This document shows, piece by piece, positions 42,097 to 53,049 of a stretch of 64,000 nucleotides of DNA; position 1 is the stretch's first letter, and the number at the start of each line of letters is the position of its first letter. This DNA is from an uncultured Nitrospiraceae bacterium (GTDB lineage: Bacteria > Nitrospirota > Thermodesulfovibrionia > Thermodesulfovibrionales > Dissulfurispiraceae), in contig CAVSHF010000005.1 of NCBI GenBank assembly GCA_963727805.1, positions 768,001 through 832,000 on the forward strand. Reading direction: 5' to 3'. Below the pieces are notes generated by a model that saw only the letters and a program-made list of their open reading frames with translations, searched no databases and was not told the origin of the DNA. A program made the position numbers and the translations under genes.

Positions 42097-43389
42097 CTAT
42101 ACCTCCAGGTCCTGTAATTGTGCGTAAAAGCCCGGGAAGGAGATGTCTACACACGAAGCGTCATTGATCGTAATTTTTTGGGTAGCAATCAGCGCTGCAA
42201 TCGAAAACGACATCGCGATCCTGTGGTCGCCATAACTATCGACAATGCCGCCCCTTAATTCGCTTGTACCTCTAATATCTATTCCGTCAGGATACTCCCG
42301 GACTTCGACGCCGAGCTTGGAAAGCTCTGTGGCCATCGCCTTGATTCTGTCAGATTCCTTGACTCTCAACTCCTGAGCACCCCTAATTTCAGTGACTCCC
42401 TCGGCCTGCGTCGCCAGGATACAGAGTATGGGGAATTCATCGATAAGAGAAGGCACTATTTCGCTTCCTATCTTCACGGCTTTCAGCCTCTTGGTCGTGG
42501 AACAGACCACATCGGCAACCGGCTCCCCCGATATCTCTCTCGCATTTTCCAGCCTCACATCTGCCCCCATGTCCCCGAGCAGCTTCAGGAGACCGGTTCT
42601 CGTGGGGTTCATACCAACGTCCTTGATCATGACTTGAGAGTTGGGCACCACGAGTGCGCCCGCTATAAAAAAAGCTGCTGATGAAAAATCGGCTGGCACG
42701 GTTACATCAGCCGCATGGAGTCTTGAGCCACCTTTTATAGAGACTGATAGTCCCTGCACTTGCAGGTCCGCTCCCATTGCCGCAAGCATTCTCTCGGTGT
42801 GGTCCCGTGATTTTTGGGGTTCGGTAATAGTCGTAGTCCCATCGGCATACAGTCCCGCCAAAATCAGGCAAGACTTCACCTGAGCGGATGCCATGGGCAT
42901 TGCATAATCGATGGACTTCAGTGCCGTTCCTTTGATCGCCAGCGGAGGATAGCGGTCTGCATTCCTCGCTGCGATCAGTGCTCCCATCTGTTTAAGGGGA
43001 TTGATCACTCTGGCCATAGGTCTCTGCTTCAGAGAATCGTCTCCGGTGAGAATAGAGAAAAACGGATTTCCTGATAACATACCCGATATGAGTCGTATGG
43101 TGGTCCCCGAGTTGCCGCAATCGATGACATCAAAGGGTTCGATGAAGCCTTGAAGCCCCTTCCCTTCAATTGTCACTTCACCCGTTTCTTCGGCATGGAT
43201 CGGAATGCCGAGCATGCGCATAGCCTTTATGGTACTAAGCGGGTCTTCGGCCCCAAGGAAATTCCTGACTACGCTCTTTCCCTCGGCCATGGAGGCAAAC
43301 ATAATAGCTCTATGGGAAATCGACTTGTCGGGTGGCGGAATGACCTCACCCCTCAGTCCCCTTGATCTTGTCATTTCAACTTTTTTCAC
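42097..43389 (-). CDS. aroA: EPSP synthase
   Basis: DKSISHR, GNSGTT, SAQVKS, RVKESDR, DHRIAM. Confidence 0.97.
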   Translation of the reverse strand: MKKVEMTRSRGLRGEVIPPPDKSISHRAIMFASMAEGKSVVRNFLGAEDPLSTIKAMRMLGIPIHAEETGEVTIEGKGLQGFIEPFDVIDCGNSGTTIRLISGMLSGNPFFSILTGDDSLKQRPMARVINPLKQMGALIAARNADRYPPLAIKGTALKSIDYAMPMASAQVKSCLILAGLYADGTTTITEPQKSRDHTERMLAAMGADLQVQGLSVSIKGGSRLHAADVTVPADFSSAAFFIAGALVVPNSQVMIKDVGMNPTRTGLLKLLGDMGADVRLENAREISGEPVADVVCSTTKRLKAVKIGSEIVPSLIDEFPILCILATQAEGVTEIRGAQELRVKESDRIKAMATELSKLGVEVREYPDGIDIRGTSELRGGIVDSYGDHRIAMSFSIAALIATQKITINDASCVDISFPGFYAQLQDLEV

Positions 43390-43392
43390 GTG

Positions 43393-44262
43393 TTATGTCT
43401 CGATGCTCATTCTCAATTGCTGCGCCCTGAGGAATTCCTTTTCGATCCCTTCCCCGTCATTCTCCTCAAGGCAGCGTTCAATACGGTGCAGATTTTCCTT
43501 AAAGCTATCGAGCACCTTAATCAGATTATGCCTGTTCATCGTCGCGATGTCCCTCCATAATTCGGGAGAACTTGCAGCGATCCTCGTAGTGTCCCTGAAG
43601 CCGCCGCCGCTGTACTCGACGCATCCGGGATCGAGGCTCTCGACGGCGTTTACTATCGCATAAGCGATGATGTGGGGCAGATGGCTGATAAGAGCGAAAA
43701 TCTCGTCATGCCTGAGTGGGTCCATGCATTCGACAAGACCGCCTACCGTTTCCCAGAGAGCAATCACTTTATCAATGGCGTCTACGTTTGAGCGTTGCGT
43801 CGGCGTGACGATGCATCGTGCCCCGCTGAACAGGTTGCCCCGTGCATCATCGATTCCTGATTTATCACTGCCCGCGATAGGGTGGGAACCTATGTAATGA
43901 ACCCTATCGGGCATGAGGGTTTCTAGTTCGGGAACAAGGGCACCTTTCACGCTTCCCACGTCTGTAACGAGGGCGTCTTTTTTTAGCGCCGTACGCATCC
44001 CGGCAGCAATGGTGCTTAACATACCTACCGGCGTAGCGAGGACTATGAGATCAGCACCGTCAACCGCAGCAGCGGCATCCATTCGGTAATCGTCGATAAT
44101 TCCACGCTCTTTCGCCCGCCTGAGATTATCCTCTTTCCTACCGCAGCCGATGACTGAATTGGATAGCCCCGTTTCGTGCAACGCGAGGGCAACCGATGCA
44201 CCGATCAGCCCGACTCCTATTATAGCCGTTCTGGTGAAACATACGTTCTTGCCGTAAATCAT
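43393..44262 (-). CDS. tyrA: Prephenate/arogenate dehydrogenase
   Basis: GVGLIG, DVGSVK, HPIAG, SHLPH, FRDTTRIA. Confidence 0.93.
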   Translation of the reverse strand: MIYGKNVCFTRTAIIGVGLIGASVALALHETGLSNSVIGCGRKEDNLRRAKERGIIDDYRMDAAAAVDGADLIVLATPVGMLSTIAAGMRTALKKDALVTDVGSVKGALVPELETLMPDRVHYIGSHPIAGSDKSGIDDARGNLFSGARCIVTPTQRSNVDAIDKVIALWETVGGLVECMDPLRHDEIFALISHLPHIIAYAIVNAVESLDPGCVEYSGGGFRDTTRIAASSPELWRDIATMNRHNLIKVLDSFKENLHRIERCLEENDGEGIEKEFLRAQQLRMSIET

Positions 44263-44280
44263 TTCGACTCTCTTCGTCCC

Positions 44281-45306
44281 TTATATGTCTCTTCCCACGG
44301 CCTGGGCCACGGGTTTCAGGTCTTTCATTAATTGCGCGAAAATATCGGGTTTGAGAGACTGCTCACCGTCAGAAAGCGCCTCTTCAGGATTAGTATGCAC
44401 CTCTATAATCAACGCGTCAGCACCTGCGGCAACGGCCGCCTTGGACATTGGCGCCACAAGGTCCCACTTGCCGACGCCGTGGCTCGGATCGACCACAACC
44501 GGAAGATGTGTTAGCTGTTTAAGGACCGGAATGGCGCTCAGGTCAAGAGTGTTCCTCGTTGCCGTTTCGAAAGTCCTTATACCACGCTCGCAGAGCATCA
44601 CTCTCTGATTGCCCTTCGACATGATGTATTCCGCCGACATGAGCCATTCCTTTATCGTAGCCGATAAGCCCCGCTTGAGAAGGACCGGCTTGTCGACCAT
44701 GCCAACCTCAAGGAGGAGCCTGAAATTTTGCATATTCCTCGTTCCAATCTGGATGATGTCCGTGTATTTAACAATGATATCGAGATCACGGGGATCCATA
44801 AGCTCCGTGATGACACGGAGCCCGGTCTTCTTCTTTGCCTCGACAAGGTATTGCAACCCTTCTTCACCAAGACCCTGAAAGGAATAGGGAGAGGTTCTCG
44901 GTTTAAAGGCGCCACCTCTCAGGAATGTCGCACCAGCTTCTTTCACTTTTTCGGCAATGTTCAGAAGGCTGACCCTGTTTTCAACCGAGCAGGGACCTGC
45001 CATCACCTGGATCTTTGTGCCACCGATCAGGATGCCGTCGACATTGATTTCCGTCGCATCTTTTTTGAATTCCCGGCTCGCCAGCTTATAAGGTTTAAGT
45101 ATACGCAGTACGTTCTCGATGCCAGTCATCGCCCGGATTGCATCTTCCTCTTCCTCGGTCACCTTGGATGTATCGCCGATTACACCGATAATCGTCCTTT
45201 CGGTCCCGCGCGAAACGTTCGCTTTTAATCCCTTACTCTCGAGTTTCTTCAGTATATGCCTGACATTCTCTTCAGGTGTGTCGGGCCGAATGACGATGAT
45301 ATCCAT
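44281..45306 (-). CDS. aroF: DAHP synthase (type I-beta with N-terminal regulatory domain)
   Basis: [38 protein letters not shown]. Confidence 0.95.
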   Translation of the reverse strand: MDIIVIRPDTPEENVRHILKKLESKGLKANVSRGTERTIIGVIGDTSKVTEEEEDAIRAMTGIENVLRILKPYKLASREFKKDATEINVDGILIGGTKIQVMAGPCSVENRVSLLNIAEKVKEAGATFLRGGAFKPRTSPYSFQGLGEEGLQYLVEAKKKTGLRVITELMDPRDLDIIVKYTDIIQIGTRNMQNFRLLLEVGMVDKPVLLKRGLSATIKEWLMSAEYIMSKGNQRVMLCERGIRTFETATRNTLDLSAIPVLKQLTHLPVVVDPSHGVGKWDLVAPMSKAAVAAGADALIIEVHTNPEEALSDGEQSLKPDIFAQLMKDLKPVAQAVGRDI

Positions 45307-45316
45307 AGAACCTCCG

Positions 45317-46411
45317 TTAAATGACTGACTTTAGGGCATCTATAAAACGCCAGTTCTCCTCAGGCAGGCCGACGGTGACCCTGATCTCCTTGGGTCCTAC
45401 GGGCCTCACGATAATACCCATCTTCAGAAGGGCATCGAATACTTCCTTGGATTCCCTGTCGAGGACCATGTAAATGAAATTGGCTTCCGTCGGGATGTAC
45501 TCTATTTTAAGCGCGTCGAATTGTCCATAGAGGAACTGCTTGCCCTCTTCGTTGATCTCTATCGTTCGTTTCAGATGGGCCTCATCTCCAAGGGCAGCCA
45601 TGGCCGCTTCCTGCGCTAATACATTGGTATTGAAGGGCTCCCTGATCTTGTTCATTTCTTCAAGGATTTCCTTCTTTGCAATACCATATCCGATTCTAAG
45701 TGAAGCAAGACCGTACACCTTCGAAAAGGTCCTAAGGATCAGGATGTCTCTGCCCTGGCCAAAAAACCTGAGGGTATCAGTATATTCAGGATCGCGCACA
45801 TATTCATAATATGCCTCATCCATGACGACAAGAACGCCGTCGGGAACACGCTTCATGAAGGCATCAAACTCATCTTTCTTGTTTATGGTTCCGGTAGGAT
45901 TATTCGGATTCGCGATAAAAACCATCTTCGTTTTTAGCGTGATCGCATCAGCCATTGCCGAGAGATCATGCGTGTAATTCCTGAGCCTCGTCTCCCGCGC
46001 CACACCACCAACGGATTGAACCGACATGGAATATACGACAAATGATGGCGATGCCATGACTGCTTCGTCGCCCGGTCCGACGAAGGTACGGACCGCGATG
46101 TCAAGGAGCTCGTTCGAGCCGTTACCGAGTATGATTTCTTCAGGACGCACTTTTGTGCCGTCGTTGAAGAGCTTTTCGGATAAAGCGTTTTTCAGATAAA
46201 ATCCGCTTCCGTCAGGATAACGACAGAGTTCTCCACTCTTTCTTATAAAAGCCTTAATGGCCTTCACCGCCTTTGGAGATGGCCCAACTGGATTTTCATT
46301 CGAAGCGAGCTTGATGCATTCCCTGAGTCCTAGCTCCCTCTCAACCTCCCTCAGGGGCTTGCCGGGCATGTACGGTTTGATCTGTGAGACGTATTCAAGT
46401 GGTTTAATCAT
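45317..46411 (-). CDS. hisC: Histidinol-phosphate aminotransferase
   Basis: [38 protein letters not shown]. Confidence 0.95.
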   Translation of the reverse strand: MIKPLEYVSQIKPYMPGKPLREVERELGLRECIKLASNENPVGPSPKAVKAIKAFIRKSGELCRYPDGSGFYLKNALSEKLFNDGTKVRPEEIILGNGSNELLDIAVRTFVGPGDEAVMASPSFVVYSMSVQSVGGVARETRLRNYTHDLSAMADAITLKTKMVFIANPNNPTGTINKKDEFDAFMKRVPDGVLVVMDEAYYEYVRDPEYTDTLRFFGQGRDILILRTFSKVYGLASLRIGYGIAKKEILEEMNKIREPFNTNVLAQEAAMAALGDEAHLKRTIEINEEGKQFLYGQFDALKIEYIPTEANFIYMVLDRESKEVFDALLKMGIIVRPVGPKEIRVTVGLPEENWRFIDALKSVI

Positions 46412-46466
46412 GGCGCACTCCTTGTGGACTCTCTTTTGCCAAACTGCCTTGGGGCTTCTTTATAAT

Positions 46467-47555
46467 CTATCTCTCGTCGATGGGATAAGAACCCAGATGT
46501 GTCAGATAAAGACAGTGTTCTTTCACCCTTTCTATGGCACTTCTCACCTTCCCTTCCTCGATATGGCCGTCCATATCGACAAAAAATATGTATTCCCAAG
46601 CCCTCCTTTTCGAAGGTCTCGATTCTATCTTGGAGAGATTGATCTTTGTTTCTTTGAAAGGATAAAGCACATCGTAAAGAGCACCGGGCCGGTTCTTCAG
46701 TGAAAACATTATCGATGTTTTGTCCGAACCCGTTCTGGCGGGCGATTCCTTTGCGATCACAAGAAATCGGGTGAAGTTATTTTTCTTGTCCTCGATATGC
46801 CTCTTGATGAACTTCAAGTCGTAGAGCTTTGCAGCAAGCTCACTCGCAATGGCCGCCGCATCTTCGTCGCTCGCAACCATCTCGGCCGCCTTTGCCGTGC
46901 TGACCGACGCGAGAACGGGGACCCCTGGCATGTTGGTTTCGAGCCATCCCCTGCACTGCGCCAATGCCTGCGGATGGGAATAGATTTTTTTAACTCTGCT
47001 CTTATCGCCACTTTTGGACAGAAGATTATGGGAAACCTCGAGCATCACTTCAGCGGATATTTTTAGGTCATAATCCATGAACATATCAAGCGTATGACTC
47101 ACCACACCCTCACTTGAATTCTCGATAGGGACGAGACCGTAATTGGTCTCTCCGTATTCGACTGCATCAAAAACAGCCTTGATGCTTTCTACAGGGATAT
47201 ATCTTGCAAATGAGCCGAAATGACGTATCGACGCAAGATGGGTAAAAGTGCCCTCAGGCCCGAAATAGGCGACCTTAAGTGGTTCTTCAAGGGAAAGGGA
47301 AGCTGAAATAATCTCTCTGAAGATGACCCGGAGGGCATCATTGGGAAACGGCCCCTTGTTCATGGCAGTGAGGCGTTCCAGAATCGCCCTCTCACGTTCC
47401 GGAGAATGGAATTTAAGGCTCTTCCTGCGCTTGATGCCGGCGATCTCGATAGCGATTGAGGCTCGTTTATTGAGCAGTGCGAGCATCGCCGTATCGATGT
47501 CATCGATCTCTTTCCTCATCCCCCCCAGATCAAGGCCTTTACCTTTCTTCTCCAT
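46467..47555 (-). CDS. pheA: Chorismate mutase / prephenate dehydratase
   Basis: R.EID.ID, P.RE, PIENS.EG, SHPQA.AQC, N.TRF, IESRP. Confidence 0.96.
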   Translation of the reverse strand: MEKKGKGLDLGGMRKEIDDIDTAMLALLNKRASIAIEIAGIKRRKSLKFHSPERERAILERLTAMNKGPFPNDALRVIFREIISASLSLEEPLKVAYFGPEGTFTHLASIRHFGSFARYIPVESIKAVFDAVEYGETNYGLVPIENSSEGVVSHTLDMFMDYDLKISAEVMLEVSHNLLSKSGDKSRVKKIYSHPQALAQCRGWLETNMPGVPVLASVSTAKAAEMVASDEDAAAIASELAAKLYDLKFIKRHIEDKKNNFTRFLVIAKESPARTGSDKTSIMFSLKNRPGALYDVLYPFKETKINLSKIESRPSKRRAWEYIFFVDMDGHIEEGKVRSAIERVKEHCLYLTHLGSYPIDER

Positions 47556-47838
47556 AGTGATTTAATATACAGGAATTCCCTTATTTAATCAATATTTACA
47601 GCTCACTGTTTTCGCTGTGGAGATGGTATGCACAATAGGAAACCTCGATGCAAACTTGAATTTCGACAGCTTCACCACTACATTTAAAATTAGATAACGA
47701 AGAGTTTATTTTTGCAGAGTTCAAATGGTAAACTTATGGCATAATATCATGTTTATTTATGTACGCCGGGCAGGAATGTAATGTGTGAACTCTTACAATA
47801 TTACGTAACATAAATCTCATTCCCGATCTTGGCGTGAA

Positions 47839-48933
47839 ATGGAAGAAATCTCGAATAACTCCGATCATCATAAAATAGCTACAGTCCTCATTGTAGATGA
47901 CGATCCTTATGTACTCGAATATGTTTCCTCGCTGCTTAACGAATACGGGTATTCTTATATTGCCTGTAGAAATGCTGAAGAGGCATTCCTCAGGTTTCAG
48001 GATGGAGCCATCGATGCAGTCCTGACGGATATTAAAATGCCGGTATTCACAGGGATCGATCTCCTCGAAAAGATTTACCTCGCTAAGCCTGATGTCCCGG
48101 TGATCCTCATGACTGCCCATGCAGAAGTTGATGTCGCAGTCGATGCGATCAAGAAAGGGGCTTTCGATTTCATCATCAAGCCTTACCGGTCTGAGCAGCT
48201 GATCCATTCCGTCGAAAAGGCGGTGAAGTACCGGCGGCTCAGCCAAAAAGAAGAAGAATACAAGAAAACCCTCGAAGAGACGGTCGAAAGGAGAACGCGT
48301 GAACTACGGGAAGCCCTTACGATGCTCAAAAATATGAGCGCCGAGCTCATCGACCGTCTAACGGTAGTCGCGGAATTTAGGGATACGGGCACAGGGTTCC
48401 ACAACTCACGCATGGGGCGTTACTCCAAAGTGATCGCGCAAGCCCTGTCCTTACCCCCTCACTTTGTAGAGGCAATTTCCTTCTCCAGTCCCCTGCACGA
48501 TATCGGGAAGGTAGGCATCCCTGACACGATCCTTCTGAAACCAGGAGAACTCTCCGACTATGAGATTGAAATCATACAAACACACAGCCAAATAGGGGAA
48601 CGCATCCTTGCTGGATCATCGTATCCGTTTATCCAGATGGCGGCATCCATAGCGTTGAATCATCATGAGAGATGGGATGGCAGCGGGTATCCGAGAGGAT
48701 TAAAAAAGGATAAAACCCCGATCGAAGGCAGGATCGTAATGCTCTGTGACCAATATGATGCCTTAAGAAGCAGCAGGCCGTATAAACGCCCACTACCGCA
48801 TGATGATGCATTTAGGATCATTATGGAAGGTGACGGGAGGACCATGCCCCACCATTTCGACCCCGACATCCTTGAAATCTTCAAAATATCAGCCCGCTCG
48901 CTTGATGATATCTTTAACAATTTTAAAGAGTAA
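47839..48933 (+). CDS. Response regulator with HD-GYP phosphodiesterase domain (RpfG-like)
   Basis: Receiver VLTDIKMP; LHDIGK, HHERWDGSGYP, RPYK. Confidence 0.93.
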   Translation: MEEISNNSDHHKIATVLIVDDDPYVLEYVSSLLNEYGYSYIACRNAEEAFLRFQDGAIDAVLTDIKMPVFTGIDLLEKIYLAKPDVPVILMTAHAEVDVAVDAIKKGAFDFIIKPYRSEQLIHSVEKAVKYRRLSQKEEEYKKTLEETVERRTRELREALTMLKNMSAELIDRLTVVAEFRDTGTGFHNSRMGRYSKVIAQALSLPPHFVEAISFSSPLHDIGKVGIPDTILLKPGELSDYEIEIIQTHSQIGERILAGSSYPFIQMAASIALNHHERWDGSGYPRGLKKDKTPIEGRIVMLCDQYDALRSSRPYKRPLPHDDAFRIIMEGDGRTMPHHFDPDILEIFKISARSLDDIFNNFKE

Positions 48934-48943
48934 TCAGATTTAA

Positions 48944-50353
48944 CTATGTAACCTTGTGCAGTCTGATAATGTTGGGTTTGCCCAGGAAAGGCGAGCTTGC
49001 GACAAAAACCATGCTATTCCCTTTCTTAATCAAACCTTCTTCGACAAGTGACCTTTCTATCTCACTCATCAGGTCGGCTTCCAGAATGATATCCTTCCGC
49101 CCTATCAGCTTTGCGATCGTCCCCCAGTAGAGAGGGATCCTGTGCAAAGTCTCCTCAGTGGGCGTAAAGGCTACCACTGGAACAGCAGGTCTCAGCTTGG
49201 ACAGAAGTATAGCAGCGAATCCTGAATGGGTGAAGACGACGATCAGCTTCGCCCCTATGCTCTGCGCCGCCATGCAGGCGCCGACGGCGATCGACTCGGG
49301 GAACTTGTTTCCTGTCTTGTATAGGGATTTTATTCTGTCAGAAAAATTCGCCTCAGTATTTCTGATAATCAGGTCCATCATCCTGACTGCTTCGACAGGA
49401 TACTTCCCCGAAGCAGTTTCCGCGGAGAGCATCACGGCGTCAGTGCCGTCGAGAATGGCATTGGCCACATCCGAGGCCTCGGCCCTAGTAGGACGTGTAT
49501 GATGGGTCATGGATTCGAGCATCTGCGTTGCCGTGATGACCAGCTTCCCTTTCATATTCGCAAGATCGATGAGCATCTTCTGAATAACCGGCACCTGCTC
49601 CGTGGACATCTCAACCCCGAGGTCTCCCCTTGCCACCATAATCCCATCGGTGACTTCCATGATCTCCTCTATTTTTTCGAGGGCCTCGGGCTTCTCTATC
49701 TTTGCGATGAGCGGGGGCAAATGAACCTTATTCCTGTTGGCCCAATCAATAATACGCACGATATCATCGGCCCTTCTCACAAAGGAGACGGCGACATAGT
49801 CGACCCCTAACTGAAGACCGAACTGAAGGTCCCGCCTGTCCTTTTCCGTAAAAGCCTCGAGCGTGGTCCTTGTTGCCGGCAGGTTCGCTCCCTTTCTGGA
49901 CTTCAGCACACCACCTTCAACAACCTTGGCAAGCAGAGAGTCTTTTCTTTTCTCCATCACCGTCAGCTTGATAAGGCCGTCATCTATCAGAATGCTCTCA
50001 CCCTCATTCATATCCTTGATCAGGGCCGGGTATGAGATGTAAAGGTTCTTCGCCGTGCCGATTTCGCTCCCTGGATAGAGAGAGACTTCGGCCCCTGTCC
50101 TGAGATGAACGCTCCCCCCTTCGACTTCGCCAACGCGGATCTTGATTCCCTGAAGGTCTTGAAGAACCGATACCATCCTGTTCTGCCGTGCGCTCTCATT
50201 TCTGATCACGTGAAACATCTTTTCATGAAATTTGAAATCTCCGTGTGAGAAGTTCAACCGGGCGACATCCATGCCACTTCGAACCAGCGAGGCTATGATT
50301 TTCTGGCTGCTCGATGAGGGGCCTAAAGTACAAACAATTTTCGCCTTCCTCAT
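48944..50353 (-). CDS. pyk: Pyruvate kinase
   Basis: KIVCTLGP, RLNFSHG, IAKIE, VARGDLG, ATQMLESM, LSAETA. ATG at 50353 overlaps the nadB stop (ATGA). Confidence 0.96.
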   Translation of the reverse strand: MRKAKIVCTLGPSSSSQKIIASLVRSGMDVARLNFSHGDFKFHEKMFHVIRNESARQNRMVSVLQDLQGIKIRVGEVEGGSVHLRTGAEVSLYPGSEIGTAKNLYISYPALIKDMNEGESILIDDGLIKLTVMEKRKDSLLAKVVEGGVLKSRKGANLPATRTTLEAFTEKDRRDLQFGLQLGVDYVAVSFVRRADDIVRIIDWANRNKVHLPPLIAKIEKPEALEKIEEIMEVTDGIMVARGDLGVEMSTEQVPVIQKMLIDLANMKGKLVITATQMLESMTHHTRPTRAEASDVANAILDGTDAVMLSAETASGKYPVEAVRMMDLIIRNTEANFSDRIKSLYKTGNKFPESIAVGACMAAQSIGAKLIVVFTHSGFAAILLSKLRPAVPVVAFTPTEETLHRIPLYWGTIAKLIGRKDIILEADLMSEIERSLVEEGLIKKGNSMVFVASSPFLGKPNIIRLHKVT

Positions 50354-51921
50354 GCCCATGTCACCTCCATATTGTCGCCAGATTTCCGTATATTTGAATG
50401 ATGTTTCCATTGATCGTCTTTCAGGGGAAAATCGGATCGGTAATGTCCTCCGACACTCCCTTTTCTGTGGATTGCCGCTTCGGTGATCATCAGTGCTACC
50501 GTGAGCATATTCTTTACCTCAAGCCCGGCTCTTGTACTGAAGTCCTTATCGAGTATTTCCTTGAATGCCTCAAGCCTTTTTTTAGCAGTACTGAGAGATT
50601 CCTTGCTCCGTATAATCCCCACACACTCCCACATGGTCCTTCGTATAATGGTCCTTATCTCGCCTAGATTCGGCGAATCCGGTATTATGCCGCGCACTGC
50701 TTCAATCTTGTTTGATGTCCGATCTGCCTGCAGACATGCACCATAGCGTGCTGCAGCAATCCCCGCTCTGTATCCGAAAACAAGCCCCTCAAGAAGACTG
50801 TTGCTTGCGAGCCTGTTGGCACCATGCACACCAGTGCAGGCCACCTCTCCGGCGGCAAAGAGGCCGGCAATTCCAGACATTCCTTCAAGGTCAGTCTTGA
50901 CGCCGCCCATCATATAATGCGCAGCCGGAGAAACAGGAATCAGATCTTTAGTGATATCAAGATCGTATTTCAGGCAGGTCTCATATATCCGTGGAAATCG
51001 TTTCTTCACAAATTCCGCATCGAGGTGTGTGAGATCGAGTGAGACGTGACTGCTCCTCGTCTCGATGATCTGCGATATTATCGCCCTCGAAACCACATCT
51101 CGCGGCGCCAATTCTGCATCAGAATGATAGCGCTGCATGAAAAGCTCTCCTTTTGCATCTCTCAACAGAGCGCCTTCTCCCCTCATCGCCTCACTCAGGA
51201 GAAACTGAGGGGCCGTCGGAATAAAGAGTGCTGTTGGATGGAACTGAACAAACTCCATGTCTTGCAGGACCGCTCCAGCCCTGTAGGCAAGTGCCACGCC
51301 ATCACCCGTAGCAACACTCGGATTAGTCGTCCTCGAAAAGATCTGACCAGCCCCACCGGTGGCGAGCACCGTTGCCTTCGCATACGCAGTGATGAAATCA
51401 GTTCCACGGAGAATAGAAGCTCCTTTGCACATACCGTCTTGGATAACAAGGTCCACTGCGGTGCTGAAGCGCGATGCCGTCACACTGCTCAAGAACTTAA
51501 CCTTGCTTATCAGGACACGCTCCATCTCTTTCCCGGTCGAGTCGCCTCCGGCGTGAACAACTCTCCTCCGGGAGTGGGCAGCCTCCCTCGTGAAAGCAAG
51601 TTTTGCGCCTTCCCTATCGAACTCAGCACCCCATTCGATGAGTTCGAGGATCCTGGCCGGACCTTCTTCAACTAGGACTGCCACCGCCTCCTCCCTGCAG
51701 AGTCCTGCGCCAGCCTTGATCGTATCTTCAAAGTGGATGCCGACCTCGTCCTCATCGCTCAGGGCAACTGCCACCCCGCCCTGTGCATATTCTGTAGAGC
51801 TTTCGGTCGGGATGTCTTTGGTCACGATGAGCACACGCCCGTGGCGAGAAAGCTCAATCGCCGCCCTAAGCCCGGCAACGCCACTACCGATAACGAGGAA
51901 GTCAGTATAAATACTTCGCAT
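50350..51921 (-). CDS. nadB: L-aspartate oxidase
   Basis: GSGVAGL, AQGG, EAAHS.RR, QFHPT, SEA.RGEG, HY.MGG, GVHGANRLASNSL. Confidence 0.96.
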   Translation of the reverse strand: MRSIYTDFLVIGSGVAGLRAAIELSRHGRVLIVTKDIPTESSTEYAQGGVAVALSDEDEVGIHFEDTIKAGAGLCREEAVAVLVEEGPARILELIEWGAEFDREGAKLAFTREAAHSRRRVVHAGGDSTGKEMERVLISKVKFLSSVTASRFSTAVDLVIQDGMCKGASILRGTDFITAYAKATVLATGGAGQIFSRTTNPSVATGDGVALAYRAGAVLQDMEFVQFHPTALFIPTAPQFLLSEAMRGEGALLRDAKGELFMQRYHSDAELAPRDVVSRAIISQIIETRSSHVSLDLTHLDAEFVKKRFPRIYETCLKYDLDITKDLIPVSPAAHYMMGGVKTDLEGMSGIAGLFAAGEVACTGVHGANRLASNSLLEGLVFGYRAGIAAARYGACLQADRTSNKIEAVRGIIPDSPNLGEIRTIIRRTMWECVGIIRSKESLSTAKKRLEAFKEILDKDFSTRAGLEVKNMLTVALMITEAAIHRKGSVGGHYRSDFPLKDDQWKHHSNIRKSGDNMEVTWA

Positions 51922-52099
51922 TACTGCACCAGTCCTTAGTCCAATTTTCTGTCAGTTTACCACAGATCGCGATCGAATCATAAGCGCATGATACAGAACA
52001 CGCGTGACTCACCAAGCTAATTATAATTAATGGAGGGGATAATTGGATTCCCTCTAACGTTGGGGATAAGGAGTATGGGGGAAATCCTTCCTGTCAACT

Positions 52100-52180
52100 C
52101 ATAAAGAAAAAGGGCGCTCAGGGGAAGCCGTTTGGGAGGGGGGCAGCTTGTCGGCTGGCAAGCCTATCCCCTGAGCAACT
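52100..52180 (-). ncRNA. Candidate structured small RNA or terminator with C-rich loop
   Basis: Perfect 10-bp outer stem GCTCAGGGGA/TCCCCTGAGC (52116-52176), inner GCTTG/CAAGC hairpin, CCCCCCTCCC tract, then a U-rich tail on the minus strand. Confidence 0.4.
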
Positions 52181-52290
52181 TTACATTCCGAACAAACTTG
52201 TCAGTACCTTTCACAAAATCAGGACTTACTCATCAATCACTCGCTCTTCGATGTTCTTCTCAGACGGGAAGAAGAAGCTCGCCGATCGTC

Positions 52291-52616
52291 CTAATTGAGT
52301 TCGCTTATGTCGCTCTTAATCTTGTGGATGCGATCCCCGCATAGGAGCCAACGCTGCTCGATAAGTGTACGGCTTTTCCGAAGCTCCTCAAGCGACTTGA
52401 GCGCCCCATAAAAACCCCTTCGTGTCCCTGCTATACCATAATGAACCCTTCGGCAAGATAAGCCGGGATAGAGAGAGTTGTTTTACGCATAGAGCCTAAA
52501 CTATCGTCGGAATCCCAGGCCGACAGATTGTCAATCATTTTCTGCACTTCCTCGGCAAGCCCAAGTCCTCTCCGCCAAATACTATAATCATCGAGACACT
52601 TCATCTGCTCGTGCAT
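52291..52616 (-). pseudogene. Degraded four-helix-bundle (23S rRNA IVP / Avd-like) protein
   Basis: DYSIWRRGL.LAEEV...MRKTTLSIPAYLAEG, then a stop and frameshift, then FYGALKSLEEL...IKSDISELN*. Confidence 0.6.
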
Positions 52617-52631
52617 AGTGCACAATATACA

Positions 52632-53012
52632 CTAAACATGTGCTTTAGCGCCCAAAAAGCCTTTCAGGAGTTGAGGCAACTTCCTTGTATCAAAGGGTTT
52701 CGCTATGTAATCGTCGAATCCCGATGCAAGTATCTGTTCCCTGTCTCCTTTCATGGCGAAGGAAGTTAGTGCGACAATGAAAATGCCCGCCGTTTCAGGG
52801 TCGCTTCTCAACTCCCTAAGGACTGCAAAGCCGTCCTTGCCGGGCAAATGTATGTCCATAAGCACAAGGTCAGGTTTCTGTTCTTTTGCCTTGATCACGC
52901 CTTCAATCCCGTCGGAAGCTTCGATTGTCTCATATCCGTGAACGCCGAGAATATGACGGACAAGAACCCTATTTTTCGAATTGTCTTCCACAATCAATAT
53001 TTTTTTAGTCAT
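52632..53012 (-). CDS. Single-domain response regulator (DivK-like)
   Basis: ILIVEDN, LVLMDIHLPG, ALTSFAMKGD, YIAKP. Confidence 0.92.
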   Translation of the reverse strand: MTKKILIVEDNSKNRVLVRHILGVHGYETIEASDGIEGVIKAKEQKPDLVLMDIHLPGKDGFAVLRELRSDPETAGIFIVALTSFAMKGDREQILASGFDDYIAKPFDTRKLPQLLKGFLGAKAHV

Positions 53013-53049
53013 AAAATATCCTTTGTCGAGTATGTAGTTGATATACAAA

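Noticed and set aside
47734..48246. 170-aa minus-strand ORF
   Set aside because: Antisense shadow of the receiver domain of the HD-GYP regulator.
50354..50410. Extended pyk N-terminus from the ORF track
   Set aside because: Overlaps nadB; homology starts at MRKAKIVC, and a GGAGG lies just upstream of 50359/50353.
52291..52616. Avd-like gene as evidence of a diversity-generating retroelement
   Set aside because: No reverse transcriptase or template/variable repeat pair was seen, and the gene is degraded.
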